Shown here: one piece after another, positions 13,278 through 26,125 of the stretch
How positions within the stretch are numbered: the stretch's first letter is position 1
Layout of the letters: every line of letters starts with the position of its first letter
Assembly: GCA_973895155.1 (NCBI GenBank)
Contig: OZ316896.1
Location: forward strand, 8,143,539 to 8,207,538
Length of the DNA stretch: 64,000 nucleotides
Source of the DNA: Marsupella aquatica
Taxonomy: Eukaryota > Plantae > Marchantiophyta
Reading direction: 5' to 3'
Program-made: the position numbers and the translations under genes
The notes under the pieces: generated by a model
The model's input: the letters and a program-made list of their open reading frames with translations, nothing else
Told to the model about the DNA's origin: nothing
The model's database searches: none

Positions 13278-14171
13278 ATGGCCCCACGAAAGTCAGAGGA
13301 ATCGAAGTCCTGCATCCTGTGCAGCATCATAAGCACTGGATCTCCCCAGTCAAGTGTCTGGGAAACAGACTGGGAGACCGAATCTGAGGAAGAGCGAGAT
13401 GAAGAAGCTCGAGCCGAAGAAGAGAGAAAGAAGAGGAGCAGAAGAATCAGGATACGAAAAGCTGGACCGCCAGTTTTTCGTAACAACTGCCACCACTGCA
13501 GAAAGGAGATTGCACTTTCGGTGCTCTATGTAAAATGCTCAAGATGCCCTCTCAAATTTTGTGGTGCCTGTCTAGTCAGAAAACATGGCGAGGACGTTGA
13601 GGAGGAAATGCAGGAGAATGTTCGATGGGTCTGCCCTGTTTGCCGGGCAGGTTGTGGCCCGGGCTGCATGGTAACCTGCTGTGCCTGTGGTCCATGTCGG
13701 AAGTTCCAGCAGCTCGAGCCAGCAGGCCGGATTTTCCCAGCAGCAGTCAACGCAGGATTCAGCAACGTGCACGATTACCTCGTCCATTTCGAGACAGGAG
13801 AGTCAGCAGAGGTCATCGCCAAACGGAAGCAGGGGCGTGGGTGGACCAAAGCCACTGGGGCCATAGACAGCTCGCTGGAATTCAGATTCACATGGGCCAT
13901 GAAGAGAATGCGCAGTAGGAGGAGGAGGGCAGTGCCCGCCCGTTCGGACTCCAAGAGGTGCACTGACAAGAGGTTAGAGCAAGCTCCTCGAGTTATAAAG
14001 CTGGACCCGGTTTCAGACCAAGCTTCTCGAGCTGTGAGGCTAGAGGCGATTCTACACCAACCTTCTCGAATTATGAAGCTGGAGCCGGTGTTAGACCAAC
14101 CTTCTCAAACTGTAAAGCTGGAGCCTGTTTTAGACAAACCTTCTCGAACTGTAAAGCGAGAGCCGGTTTGA
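13278..14171 (+). CDS. zf-4CXXC_R1 domain protein (CDCA7-like), single exon
   Basis: 297-aa ORF containing CHHCRK..CSRC..FCGACL..HGEDV..WVCPVCR..CACGPCRK..GFSNVHDYL, the zf-4CXXC_R1 pattern. It has an acidic N-terminal patch, basic NLS-like runs and a repetitive C-terminus. Confidence 0.85.
   Translation: MAPRKSEESKSCILCSIISTGSPQSSVWETDWETESEEERDEEARAEEERKKRSRRIRIRKAGPPVFRNNCHHCRKEIALSVLYVKCSRCPLKFCGACLVRKHGEDVEEEMQENVRWVCPVCRAGCGPGCMVTCCACGPCRKFQQLEPAGRIFPAAVNAGFSNVHDYLVHFETGESAEVIAKRKQGRGWTKATGAIDSSLEFRFTWAMKRMRSRRRRAVPARSDSKRCTDKRLEQAPRVIKLDPVSDQASRAVRLEAILHQPSRIMKLEPVLDQPSQTVKLEPVLDKPSRTVKREPV
13974..14168 (+). repeat. Five 39-nt coding tandem repeats (13-aa units)
   Basis: LEQAPRVIKLDPV / SDQASRAVRLEAI / LHQPSRIMKLEPV / LDQPSQTVKLEPV / LDKPSRTVKREPV. 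Confidence 0.85.
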
Positions 14172-15377
14172 AGGAAGCCATCTTCTGATGAAGTTGCGTT
14201 TCTGTTATGGTGCTTTGACTTGTTATAGAAGTACTTCCCAGCAACAACATACTTGAGAATTGATGCAATCTTGGAGACTGCCTGCCCTGCGTCCTCGTTC
14301 ATTAAAGCTACGAAGGTGAAATCACCAGACTAGTTACAATTATACTGCTGCATGTGGTACAAGGCTTTCAGGTGTTAAGCTCTTGCTGAACTGTTATTGT
14401 CTGAGCGAGAGGTGATCCTGGAGCGGGTCCTGGAGCGAAGTTATATCTCATCCTGCGATTGATGAGCGATTGTACACGTCGGATCTAATCAAGTCGAAAC
14501 CTGGCTAGCCATCGAATAAGTTAGATATCTAACAATATATGTAGAGGGTCAAAACCTCTAGATAACAGGATGATTTCGCAAAGGTCCAGACTGAGATTGA
14601 TCTCTGTACATGAGAAATTTCGTAGGACCAAAAAAAAAACTAACTTTGTGATAGAACTGTTGTCCCCAATGCATCAGATGGCAGTATTAGGCAATCCGAA
14701 AACAAGAATTGGTCTTCAATATCTCATCTGCATGAAGGTCATGTCATGTATCTTAGAGATCTTATAAGGTTCCCACGAATGGCTGGAATTTGCAACATCG
14801 GAGTTTGTGGGAATACGTGTCTCTCCATTTGCATGCATTGAATCAAGCGACCACTTACTTATAATCTTTCAATCTGTGTCAACAATTGACAAGGTTCTTC
14901 AATGACTGAATCTAGACCACTTTTACAGCCGAAAATGGGCAAAAAAACTCGTTTGCGAATATGAGTTCAAATTGCCACTGGACACATATACTTTGCATAT
15001 ATTTTCGTACCGGATTCCAAATGTAGAGGATTAGGTTATCCATCCTTCATACCGGTACCATAAACCTGTCATTGGCTGGTTTACCGTCATTTCACGTGGT
15101 TATTATGATTCAGATTTAGTGGGAATACCTCCGTCTCTGCACTTCTTGTGATCCACTTATATGATTGAGGATTTACTTTTCCTTCACTGCCAGGTGTAGC
15201 ACCACTCGAAGTGAAAAAAGGTGTCAGACTGCATCGTTAAATTTCATTAGAAAGAAGTAGTTTAACTCCGTCGTTTATTTCCAAATAATTGGCTCTGCCG
15301 GGGCGTTGTGTGGAAGCCAAATCTTATCTGTGTGCGCTTATGGCTTAGCAGCACTTCGATGTCGAGCATAACAGCGC

Positions 15378-15583
15378 TATTTTGGTGTGTCATTGGTAGC
15401 ACCACAGCATTTCGTTGTAGACTACAGAATTGCAGCCTGACTAACGAATGGCCCGAGCCAGGAAGGGAAATTGAAAACTTATTTTGGTGTGTGATTACTA
15501 GCACCACCGCACTTCGTTGTAGACTAAAGAATTGCAGCCTGACTAACGAATGGGCCCGCGCCAGGGAAGGGAAATTGAAAACT
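15378..15583. repeat. Tandem duplication of about 102 bp
   Basis: Two copies of tattttggtgtgt..tagcaccac..cgttgtagacta..gaattgcagcctgactaacgaatgg..ggaagggaaattgaaaact. Confidence 0.85.
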
Positions 15584-18500
15584 AAACTGTGTCAAAATGC
15601 TAATTTTGGCGTATTCAAAAGTTTCCCAATTAGACGTTTAAGCATTTCATGACAACTTGCAGCGTTCATTTTAACCTTTGCTGATATATGCTATTTCTTG
15701 TGATTTTGGCGGTCGAAGGATTGCTCTTACTGTTTGAACTGTTCATTCTCTTTCGATTCAATTGCCCGATGAAGCACAACATTGAAAGATACTTGATAGT
15801 TCTTAAGTAAACCTTTTTCTCAGCTACTGCGTTTGGAGATTTTTGGGGTTAATCCTTAACTACAACCTAGGTGACGATTGAACCCTTGGAACAGATTGTA
15901 TACAATATTGACAGTCCTTGGTATGATTACGTTCAATTTAGTACCTGCTTTTGATAAGATACCTTGCAAATGATCGAAGCCCAATTATCACAGGACATCC
16001 ACTTATCCTCGGTCCTCTGGTCAGGTTCCACTGATCACGCTCCACAGTTGTCCCAGTTCAAGAGTCCACGCTTCAAATATATTGTCACGGTTGAAACATC
16101 CACGCAGTTTCAGCGACCTCGTCCATATAGTGAACAACATGATTTTGCAACGAAGAAGTTTAGTAGTGGCCCATATGACTGGGCCAACTTGATTTTGCAA
16201 CGTAGATGTTCAGTAGTGGACCCGCGCTCCGCTGAAGCAAGAATGATTGGGCCAACGTTCGCATTGGATCAGTGCTCCGTCAAGATTAGCATGGGTCCAT
16301 GCTCGATCCGTCCTATAATTTTTGTATGAGTCCAATCAAGTTAAGCCTCTGCACATTCAAGCCACATGCCATGGTATTACTCCAATCATGGTAAGCTTTC
16401 CTGCACATATATTGCAGCCACCAGCCTTAGTATGAGTCCAATCAAGTTAAGCCACCATTCGCTGTGCACATTGAAGCCACTTGCCATACATTCATAGAGT
16501 AGGAAATTGCAATTGCGCCCATACCGAAGGCCAACCAATAACTCTTGTGCATTGAAGCCGCCACCTGCCATTAACTGATTCACTGAGACTGATTCACTGA
16601 GAGCGAGAACAACGCATGCCGAAGACCAAGCAATAACTATTGCGCCGATGCCGAGGGCATGGGCATGGCATGCATGGGTTACCGAGTAAAAGGAAGGTCA
16701 CGAACTGCATCAACTGAATCTCCAGGTTGACTGCGTTTATATCAATCACAGTACTCGAATTGCAGCAAGCGGGGTAGCAAGGTAAGTCGTATGGTGTATT
16801 ATTATGAGTTATCTGGTTTCGAGAAGTAGCACGACCTTTCGCTAGCCAACATCCAGACAATGCCAAGGTAAAGGAACTTAACACTGTCGAGTTGCGTGTC
16901 AGTACCTACTTCATTACCTCGCCTGTGTAGGCGTCGATATGGCCATTGATTCCACTCTAGCTTCTCACGGTTTGACCCTCGTATTTCACATTCAATTCTT
17001 GGTGTGAACCGATTTCTCTATTTTCTAATTTCGCATAATATCGTGCGATAGGAAATTTGTTGCATAATTAACAGAAATTCGAAGTTATGGTAGATAGGCA
17101 GAACATCGAAGAAACTATCTTGATGTTGGCAGACGAACGATCTGAATTCAGGTATCATTGTCGCAGAATGATACGCCTTTGGCAAGGATTTTGTTTTTGA
17201 ATTATCTGGTTTGGAATCGCCACCTCGAGGCATTCTGAATTCATTTTCTCGATAGAAGCAGACCTTGACCGGAGCACGGCACATACAGTAAAATATTTTT
17301 GGGAGAAGAGGTCCGACTGATGTTCTGATTGGAGTTTGCAATTGTCATGATGCAAGTCTTATTGAGTACTGTTTTCAATCGGACCTTTCTAGTCTAGGTA
17401 TCTCAGTCTGTATCCCTATTAATAGAAGTGGTGCCTAGGCCTTTATACACGATTGTCATTTCTGTTCCCAGTACTCCCGATTCTTGGCCTTCGTTTTGTT
17501 CTCTTTATGATATAGCTGAAAACGACAGGTTTAGCACTTCAAATTTTCTCTATTTTCTTCTTGATCAGACCCGAGGTGGCTCTATGATAATGATCCTGCC
17601 AAAGCTGCAGAAGCTACCCGAGATGCTGCCATCGCTTATGCTAGAAACGTGCCAAAGAAGAAGGTATTTTGAGTCTCTCGCCCGGTCTCTCGTTGACATG
17701 TAGAAATGTTCTACTACATCCGTTACGATAGCTTCAGACTTCACCGTTGTTTTAATGGTAACTACATGTCTTACCTGAGCTGCTTCCCACCAAAAACCAC
17801 ATTGACTTCTTTGTGGAAGCTGACGGAGCAAGTTCTCTTTCGAGGACTCAGGTCTTCTATTGAAAGGTTATTGTCTTGTACTCTGTTGTTTCCGTAGGAG
17901 CCCGCTCATTTCTTTACCTTTGTTATCTCTCACTAAGTTGTGACTTGGGTGTTGAAGGAGCTGAGAAATGTGTTGGGTATCGAGCGACAACATTTTCAGA
18001 GGGTACAAGCTGTTTTTTCTTCAGAGCTGCCGATGCTTTTCACTTGAGTTCGTGCCCTTTCAACACTGTTCCAGCTGAACCAAAGACATCGCCACTGACA
18101 CCTCGACCAGGCAGCTCACTTTCTGCGACACATATGACCATGGACAGTGGTCAGGGTTACTTTATCCATGGACTCTTCCATGGCTTTGCTTGCTTATTGA
18201 TAATATTCAAATGTTGGCTCCGCTGTATATGCTTTGGGAAGTTTGGACTCTCCTCACGCTGACATATATATTGTCTGAGTTTTGTGTTTTTCTAGGCCTA
18301 GTTGTGATGATTATGAAATGATTGTGAGTTCCTGATACAGATGATATTGCCGAGTACACCACGGCCGAGATAGCCCAACCTCCACCCGTTGGAATCTCGA
18401 AGCGGAACAAGCGTACCAACAAATTGTCAGGGGCATTAAAGGGTTTGAATGGTATGCACATAACTCATGTTTTTAACATTGCGAGTTCTTAGTCTCGTCC

Positions 18501-18725
18501 CTCTCATTACACCTAAGATTGAAAGCCCCATTCACAGCAAAAGATCCGTAGTAAGTTGCATTTGGTTTCTTTTTCTTTTTCTTCTAGATTTACTACAGTT
18601 TAGCAAAATCCTCCTTGTAACTCATAGCTGCTACCTATTTCTACCGTCCAAAACTGTAGAAATGCTTTCCTACGTACAGCTTTCGCCAAGAAAGTGTAAG
18701 TTGTCTGCAACTTCTGCTCTGCCTA

Positions 18726-19801
18726 ATGTATCCATATTGTTTGTTTTGTTCACTTGAGCCAGCAATTACTTTTTTTCTTTGGACACTGGTGTTGCTGAGT
18801 GTGAATGAACCAACAGTTCATGCCCAATCTTGGGCTGAAACATCATGGACTCCTGCTCACGCAACTTTTTATGGAGGAACAGACGCATCTGGCACCATGG
18901 GTAATCTCGCATGTTTCCAAAAAATATACAGTACTTTCATTAGCTGAACAAAATTTGAAACCCTTGTATTTTCAAGGTTTCCATCTTAATATTCACCTCA
19001 AGTCTATACCCCATGTATTTATAATGTTGGGATAATATGCCTGGTTATATGACTTTTTGTTATGCAGGAGGCGCTTGCGGGTATGGCAATCTCTATGACA
19101 CTGGATACAATACCTCTACAGCTGCGCTAAGTGTTGCCTTGTTCAACAATGGTCTCAGTTGTGGAGCCTGCTTTCAAATTGAGTGCACAACATCTCAAAG
19201 TTCATATTGCCATGTCAATGCAAGCATCACAATCACAATAACCAATCTATGTCCTAACGGTTCCTACGGAGGATGGTGTGACGCCCCAAAAATTCACTTC
19301 GATCTAGCATACCCAATGTTCACAACATTGGCTCAAGAAGTTGCTGGGGTCATTCCTGTGCAATACCGAAGGTAACCATGTTTTTAAAATGTAAGTTTGA
19401 GTGATTTGGTGCCAAGCAACATTAAACTTCATTATAAAATAGAATAGCCTGTTGCTAACAAAAGCATTCACGGTTGCCATGCATGCAGAGTTTCATGTAA
19501 GAAACTTGGAGGCATCCAGTTTAGCATGAAAGGAAATCTCAATTTTTTCCTTGTCCTTGTGGCAAATGTGGGGGGTGGTGGAGATATTGCTGGGTTGAAG
19601 ATTAAGGGTGACGCCTCTGGCTGGTACACCTTGAACCAGAATTGGGGACAGAATTGGGAGGTGGACAACCATAGTGACCTAGTTGGACAGTCCATCTCTT
19701 ATCTAGTTACTCTTGGAAATGGACAGAGTAAAACTTTCTCTAATGTTGCACCTTCTGACTGGGGTTTCAATCAAGCTTTCCAATGTAATGACAATTTTTA
19801 G
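18726..19801 (+). CDS. EXPA: Alpha-expansin, 3 exons
   Basis: Exons 18726-18900, 19068-19371 and 19489-19801 encode a signal peptide, [47 protein letters not shown], the HFDL motif, [19 protein letters not shown] and NWGQNW. Confidence 0.95.
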
Positions 19802-20289
19802 TAGTAACTAAGGCTCTCTGTGCAAGTGTAAGTGTAGAATTTAGTTTTTATTAGTTTAGGGTTCTGACCATATACCTGATCGTTGGTATTGCATTGTTAG
19901 CCCAATTCACTTATTTCTTTTTGGTTTGTTAGAAATTTCTACAATATTATGTTCACTAAAATACGTCATAACCATGTACCCCAGCACCGTTCTCCCTGGT
20001 ACAAACTTTGAGAAAGTGTATGCGAAATCTGGAACACAACCATAATGCAATTTTAGAAATATTTCAAGCATGTTGATGTAAAACACAAATGTATCAATTT
20101 TTTCATAGTTTTTAAGTAAAAAATTGAAACTTAAATAAATTAGTCATGGCATGGCGATACAATTTGAAGCTACAAAATATTAAGTTTACCCACCGCGAAC
20201 CTGATCGTCGTCCCTACGGACCAGAGGTGGAGGGCATACGAGGGAAGTAGTTTTGGCGGCAGTTGAAGCAACAGAGGTTTATTATGCCC

Positions 20290-20631
20290 GTTGTATTTGG
20301 CGGCAGTTTGAGTCGCCCCTAGCGGAACCAGCTCGTCCGCACCCCTTTCCGCGCAACGAGGGGCCAAAAAAAAACAGACAAGCAAACAAAGGTTTGCTCG
20401 TGAAGCCACCGAAGACGCAAACCACCGAAACGAAGCTACAGAGGTGGGGGCTTATTTAGCGCGGTTGTATTTTGCGGCAGTTTAAATCGTCACTAGTGTA
20501 ACCAGCTCGTCCGCACTACTCCGCACCCTTTCCGCGCAACGAGAGGGCCAAAAAAACCAGACAAGCGAAGAAAGTTTTGCTCGTGGAAAACGTGAAGCCA
20601 ACGTAGACGCAAACCACCGAAACGAAGCTAC
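20290..20631. repeat. Diverged tandem duplication of about 174 bp upstream of the FMP32-like gene
   Basis: Copies start at 20290 and 20464 (gttgtattt..gcggcagttt..aaccagctcgtccgcac..ccgcgcaacg..gacgcaaaccaccgaaacgaagctac). Confidence 0.8.
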
Positions 20632-21532
20632 CACAGTAGAAGGGAGGATGAAGCAGCCTGAATCCGTTTCTCCGCGGTGCAGTCAGTCCCCTCCTCGGTG
20701 ACGTGATTTAGGCATCGCGTCCTTTACTCACTCACTCGCTCACTGAGGCACCGCGTTCCAACAATTCATTCACAGGACACTCCATCAGTTACCAGTAAGT
20801 TAACGGATTTGCGACGCCGCGCATCATTGTTGTAGCGGTTTAGTGATCTCCGAGTTGTTGTTGTTGTGAGACGCTGGTCCAATTGGCGGGGATCAGACCA
20901 TCGACTTGCGCGCATTGGGCTCGGAGTGATTATTGCCAACGCTGCTGTATGTCCCCTGTCGATTGAATGCCGCACCCGATTTGGGTAGATTTCTACGCTT
21001 CTTTGATAGCCAGTAACCTATTTGGGCCAAAAGCATGCTTTGATCAGATGCACGCTTGACTTTCGCTTCCTCGTTGTTGCGGAGTAATTGGATTGGCGTT
21101 CTTGTCTTCGCTTGTTATCCTACGCTCTTCTTGGCAAAGGGGATTCGTCGCTATATTGCAAGGAGGCTCAATCTTCCAGTATCCCGGAGACAAGGCAATT
21201 TTTTTCTTGACTGAACTTTCACGCAGTTGCTTAGTAGGGTTTCTTTTCTGGCCCTTCCGGTCTCGGAGGCGGATGCAGTCGGGCTTGGGCTGCTGCTGGG
21301 GCAGCCCTTCGTCCAGCAGCCCTTCGTCCAGCAGCCCTTCGTCCGCCCATCCCTCATTCGGTTGAAGCAGATGACATCGGGACCCTAGCGAGTCACTCTT
21401 ACCTGCCTAGATTAAAGCATTGCGACTGTGGGCTGGGCTCAGATCTCTGATCTTTCTTAATTTCGTCACATTACGACAATCTTTGTTGAGATTCTATTCG
21501 CCTTAGGATTGGATTCTCGTTAGGGAGCAAAT

Positions 21533-24444
21533 ATGGCTGCAGCTGTGCGGAGAGCAGTACAACAGCAGGGAGCACAGCAGCTGCAAGCATTGCAATGGCC
21601 TACTGCTATCAGAGGTGGAATCATCCCACTGGATTCTGTTGCATCCGATGTAAAGTTGAGACTTCCATTGCCTATGGTTCCTTCTAGTCACGACTGGAAT
21701 GCCTTGCAAGACCGCCGCTTGCTTGTTCCTCAAACAGTGTGGAACTACGGGGCTGTGAGGGGATACTACAACAGGCACATCTCGCAGCTTGTCTCCGCTG
21801 CCAATAGCAAGCGAGCATTTCTGGTGGACACCCTTGCTCTGGTATGCTCCCGTCATACCTCCAAGTCTGTCGGCTGACTCGCTGAAACTGAATTGTATTG
21901 TACCTCTGGAGTGTGCCCATATCTTTCCACTGCGCATTATCATTTTATATTCCTGTAGGTCATTTCATGGTCAAACGTCCATTAAATGAGCTTCACTTTG
22001 ACAAGTCATCGGGAAACGTGTGCCTTAGGTCTCTCAGATTTCTGCCACAAACTGAAATTCCTTGATGGTATTTTGCGTTTAAACTCATTCTTGAGATTCG
22101 AAATGCCAGGTACGAAGACTCGAGTCACAAGGGTTGACAGCGAAGCAGGCAGAGGCCATTACTGCTGTCATCACCGAGGTGCTGAATGACAGTTTGGAAA
22201 CCGTAGCTCAGACGTTTACCTCGAAGTCAGAAATGCAACGTGTAAGCAAGTTTCGTTTTTCTTTCATTTTTCTAGATTGTAGTCTTCAGTGAGGTTGAAT
22301 CGTTTTGTCTACTGTAGAGGAGTTGCTAGGAGGAATTCAAACCGGAATTGACGACTAGGCGGACGAACTCTTCAGGCTCAATACCTCTGTGAAATTGGAA
22401 GGCCTTGCCATTTCGTTGAGCCTGACTATGCAAGTTGAAGAGTATCTAATATGTCAGGAGAATTCCCATTGTAAAGTATGCATCAAGTTACTTTTTCAGA
22501 GAACAGCTTCCCAAATTTAAGGGTATATTTAAGCCTCGTCTTTGTCTGTATCAGAATCAAGGCTTAGTTTTTCTTTTTGCTTGTGCGGAACAGAGTGAAA
22601 TGATGATGGAAGCCGCCCTGTCTAAATTCAAAGGGGAAATGCAGAGTAATCAGGTGGGTTTTCTTAAATTGCGATGCTGCTACTTTTCTGATGGTGTGAG
22701 TCTCTTGCATGCCGTGACTTTTAACAAGGATAAGTGCAAGTACTTTCACCATATGAAAATATTTTTCATTCTGACGTAGCTTGGTTAAACAAGCCGCACG
22801 TATCCAGAGCAGGTGTAAATTATGGTATCTCTAGACTTTGATGTAGTGTTCTGATGAATCTATGGTGGGACACAGTCCATGAAATGTTACATCATTCACT
22901 TTCTCCTTTTGTTGGTACCAGGAACATCACTTTTCGTTATTACAGCGCGAAACCGAAAGACTTCGAACTGACATTGATAAAATGCGTAGTGAATTAAGGT
23001 ACAAGTCTCTCGTTTTATATAGTTTAGTTGTAGCCTAACTGCTACAAGCTTTTTTTGTTTTGATGGCAATTTCATAATATTCTTCACTTGTTTGTCAGAT
23101 ATGAAGTTGACAAAGTCACAGCCGGTCACCGATTAGATCTGAACTTGGAAAGGGGGTAAGGTGCTTATTCACTTATCTACTTGAATACAATCTGCTTGTA
23201 AAAATGTCTTGATTTTAATATTCTTCTTTGCTTGAAACCTTCAGAATTCAAATGCTCCTAAAGCTTTAGGTACCCCGGAACTCGTTTATGCTGTGAAGAT
23301 TGGTGACTCTGTGTTGTCTCAAATAGCGGAAAGCCGATGACTTCTCTCTTCAATTTGGACTCTACGGCTTTGATCCACACCCTTCACAGTCAAATTCATT
23401 GGTGTGGTTCTTATGTGTCTCCTGGGGAACAAATTCCTTTTTACTGCTGGCTCTTTTGATGTACTTGGAACATGAACGCGAAGGTGCATGAGACGAAAGC
23501 ATGTATTCGCTTCCGTGTACTGTTGACCGTGGTAGTGCTCTCCATTTTACGTTTGGCTTTTACACCCATGGCCCCCAATTAGGCTGGGCCCCAGTTTCAT
23601 GGCCATTATGTAGACAGATGGGGTTTCCCTTGCTGCTGTGATACAAGAATGCAGTCCTCACAGACATAAATATCTACCTCTTTCGGGTTTATTGCATTGG
23701 TGAGAGATATTTCAATCCTTACGATGTAAGCTCTAAAATGAAGCAGAAGAACCCATGTTCTACTTCCGTTTAGAAGGTCTGTGTTCTGATGTAACAAGGT
23801 AGTTGTCTTCGTAGTTTGCAATATCAATTGATCCATCACAAGATGCCATTGCATGTGGCTTGACCTGGCAATGAAATACTTTAACAGCTTGTAACATTAT
23901 ATTTGCCTGTCATCTGTTCAGACGCATTCGGGATGAGCTCGCTACTCAAAGTGCTGAAACTTCAAACCTTACGAATAAGCTTGATAGGGTAATATTCTCC
24001 CTTGCGAAGTCGCAAAATATTGTATTTTGATCCTTTCTTATGTATTCATCTGTTTTGCAAGGGATAAATACAACATGTCTCAAATGCAGTTTTAATGGAT
24101 ATTCTGGGTGCTGATCTACAAAGCTTGGCTGAATTCTGCAGGAAATTCACACCCTTAAAACACAACTTGAAGCTGCCAAATATGATATCATTAAATACTG
24201 CATAGGTACGTCATTTGCCTGTGCCCATGTAACGTGAAGTCGGTTTATATTTTGCGCAGTAGTGGAAATGAGAACAAAATCCAGTTTATCTTGGGAGTTC
24301 AATAGTGCACATTCCGTCCTGGTAGCAACGAACGCTGGTTCGCTGGTTGACTTGATTGCTCGTCTGATTAATGTGTAATATTTTGCAGGTTCAATTATTT
24401 CTGTTGCTGCTGTTGGGCTGGGTTTGCTCCGCATAATAATGTGA
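21533..24444 (+). CDS. FMP32: FMP32 / DUF1640 (MCUR1/CCDC90-like) mitochondrial coiled-coil protein, 8 exons
   Basis: In-frame exons 21533-21841, 22110-22241, 22594-22653, 22922-22998, 23099-23155, 23922-23988, 24142-24205 and 24389-24444 encode AFLVDTLALVRRLESQG..QAEAIT..LRYEVDKVTAGHRLDLNLERGRIRDEL..LEAAKYDIIKYCIG plus a C-terminal TM helix. Confidence 0.88.
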
Positions 24445-24501
24445 AGGAATCTCCTTCAAAAGGCTTGATTGGCTTACCTTGCCGGGTGTGTAATTTTGCA
24501 G

Positions 24502-24557
24502 GTACGATTGTTTCTGTTACTGCTGTTGGTTTGGGTATCCTCCGTGTAATAATGTGA
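24502..24557 (+). CDS. Duplicated alternative last exon (8b) of the FMP32-like gene
   Basis: Has its own ttttgcag acceptor, the same 56-nt length and phase as exon 8a, and encodes GTIVSVTAVGLGILRVIM*. Confidence 0.65.
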
Positions 24558-25629
24558 AAGGATTTGAGAAGCCAGCTCACCTTGTTATGCGCGGGCTATT
24601 AAGTCTGGGTGCTTATTTCCGCACACTTCTCCACTGCGGCCTGTCTTCGCACAGCATGCTTTCTGTTCAATGAGAGGGCATGCTTGTATGGAACTTCAGT
24701 TACGAGCTTGACCAGCGCGAAGCAATTTTTCTGGAAGGCTGTACTCAAATGTCAAGGTATAAAAGAAAATTCTTTTGGTGACTTCCCTTTGGAGGGAAGT
24801 CAACACCTCTATATGTACTTCAATTTAAACTGACTGTCATGGTTAATTTTTGAGCAAAACACCTCACAGTGACCAATAATGGTAGTTTTCCGTGTGGAGC
24901 TGAGTCGTGAATATTCGGATTTATGGGGTATGGCAAGGCACCGAATCTTTTGCTACATCCACTGTTCCCACTTCTCCTTAAAACCATTTTCTCGCGAACT
25001 CCTGCCCCCTCCCAACATCACCTGTTTCCTTTTTGTGGAGAAGATCATATGTTACCCATCTCAATATTCACTTTTCAGCCGGATATCCCCCCTTCCCCCC
25101 GATGTCTTACTTGCACAATACTCCAAATACCATCCTCGTTTTTAGTGAAGTTCTCTTCTGAAGTAGCAGAAGAACCACCTATCAACGCGAATGAGGAATG
25201 GCATGATGAAGTCTCGGACACTGTTAAGCAAAACCTTTGTAGTCTTCTAGTTTGCACGACAACCATCAAAAGTTATATCTTGCATAATATGTCCTGTTTT
25301 GTATGCCAAACTAAGTTACATCCCTGCATAGTGTGTCCTGTTTTGTTAGTTAGTATTAGAGGTTATCTGACCTAGGGGTAAAGCTCAAATGTACTTTCTC
25401 AGAACATTTAAATAGACTTGGAAACACCTTTTACATTTTAATTCAAATGTGACCTGTACATTGTCCCCTGATCATTTGTAGCCAGTTTGAGTTAGTGTTC
25501 CTAATCTCCCCTAGCAGCCATGTCTCAATGTCTATGGGAACAAACGATTAGTTGGGATGTCGTGCAGCATACTCAGGCTGCCTTTGTTATAAATCAGTAT
25601 CTTAAGTATACTTCCCAATAGTGATCATT

Positions 25630-26125
25630 TAATACCCAAAAACTAAGCAGGGCATGCTTCGCAAAAGTAGTGGAGTGTAATTTCCATCGCAATAGTGATA
25701 GGCCCGAATTACAGACAATGTCCTTCACAATGGTGGAGTATTCGTTTGCAATAGTCATAGTTCAATACCCAAACTAACAGAGGTATGCTTTCACAAAAGT
25801 GGGTGGACTATCCATCCGATCCCATCCCATCCCACCCAATCCCATCCCATCCCACCCAATACCATCCCATCCCAATAGTGATAACCATGGGATGTTATGT
25901 ATATCAAAAGGATAATCATCATAGTTCTTATTACCATTCAAAGAATCTGCATTCACGCTCGTGATTCTAGTATCGTGATAAATCAATACCCAAACTACTC
26001 AGTCTTCACGAAAAGGATTCAGAATAGTAATGAAATAATGATAATTTTAAAAATTCACAATAGTCATGAACGAATGATAATTTAACATCCAAATATCCAA
26101 ACCAATCTTCACGAAAGTGAGTTTG
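25630..26125. repeat. Degenerate repeat array with embedded (CCCAT)n satellite
   Basis: The motif aatacccaaa..cta..cttc(a/g)c(a/g)aaag recurs at about 25631, 25764, 25985 and 26092. A ccatcccatcccacccaat run lies at about 25812-25875. Confidence 0.55.

Noticed and set aside
25630-26125. CRISPR-like repeat-spacer appearance
   Set aside because: Repeats are degenerate, spacer lengths are irregular, the context is eukaryotic, and no cas genes are present.
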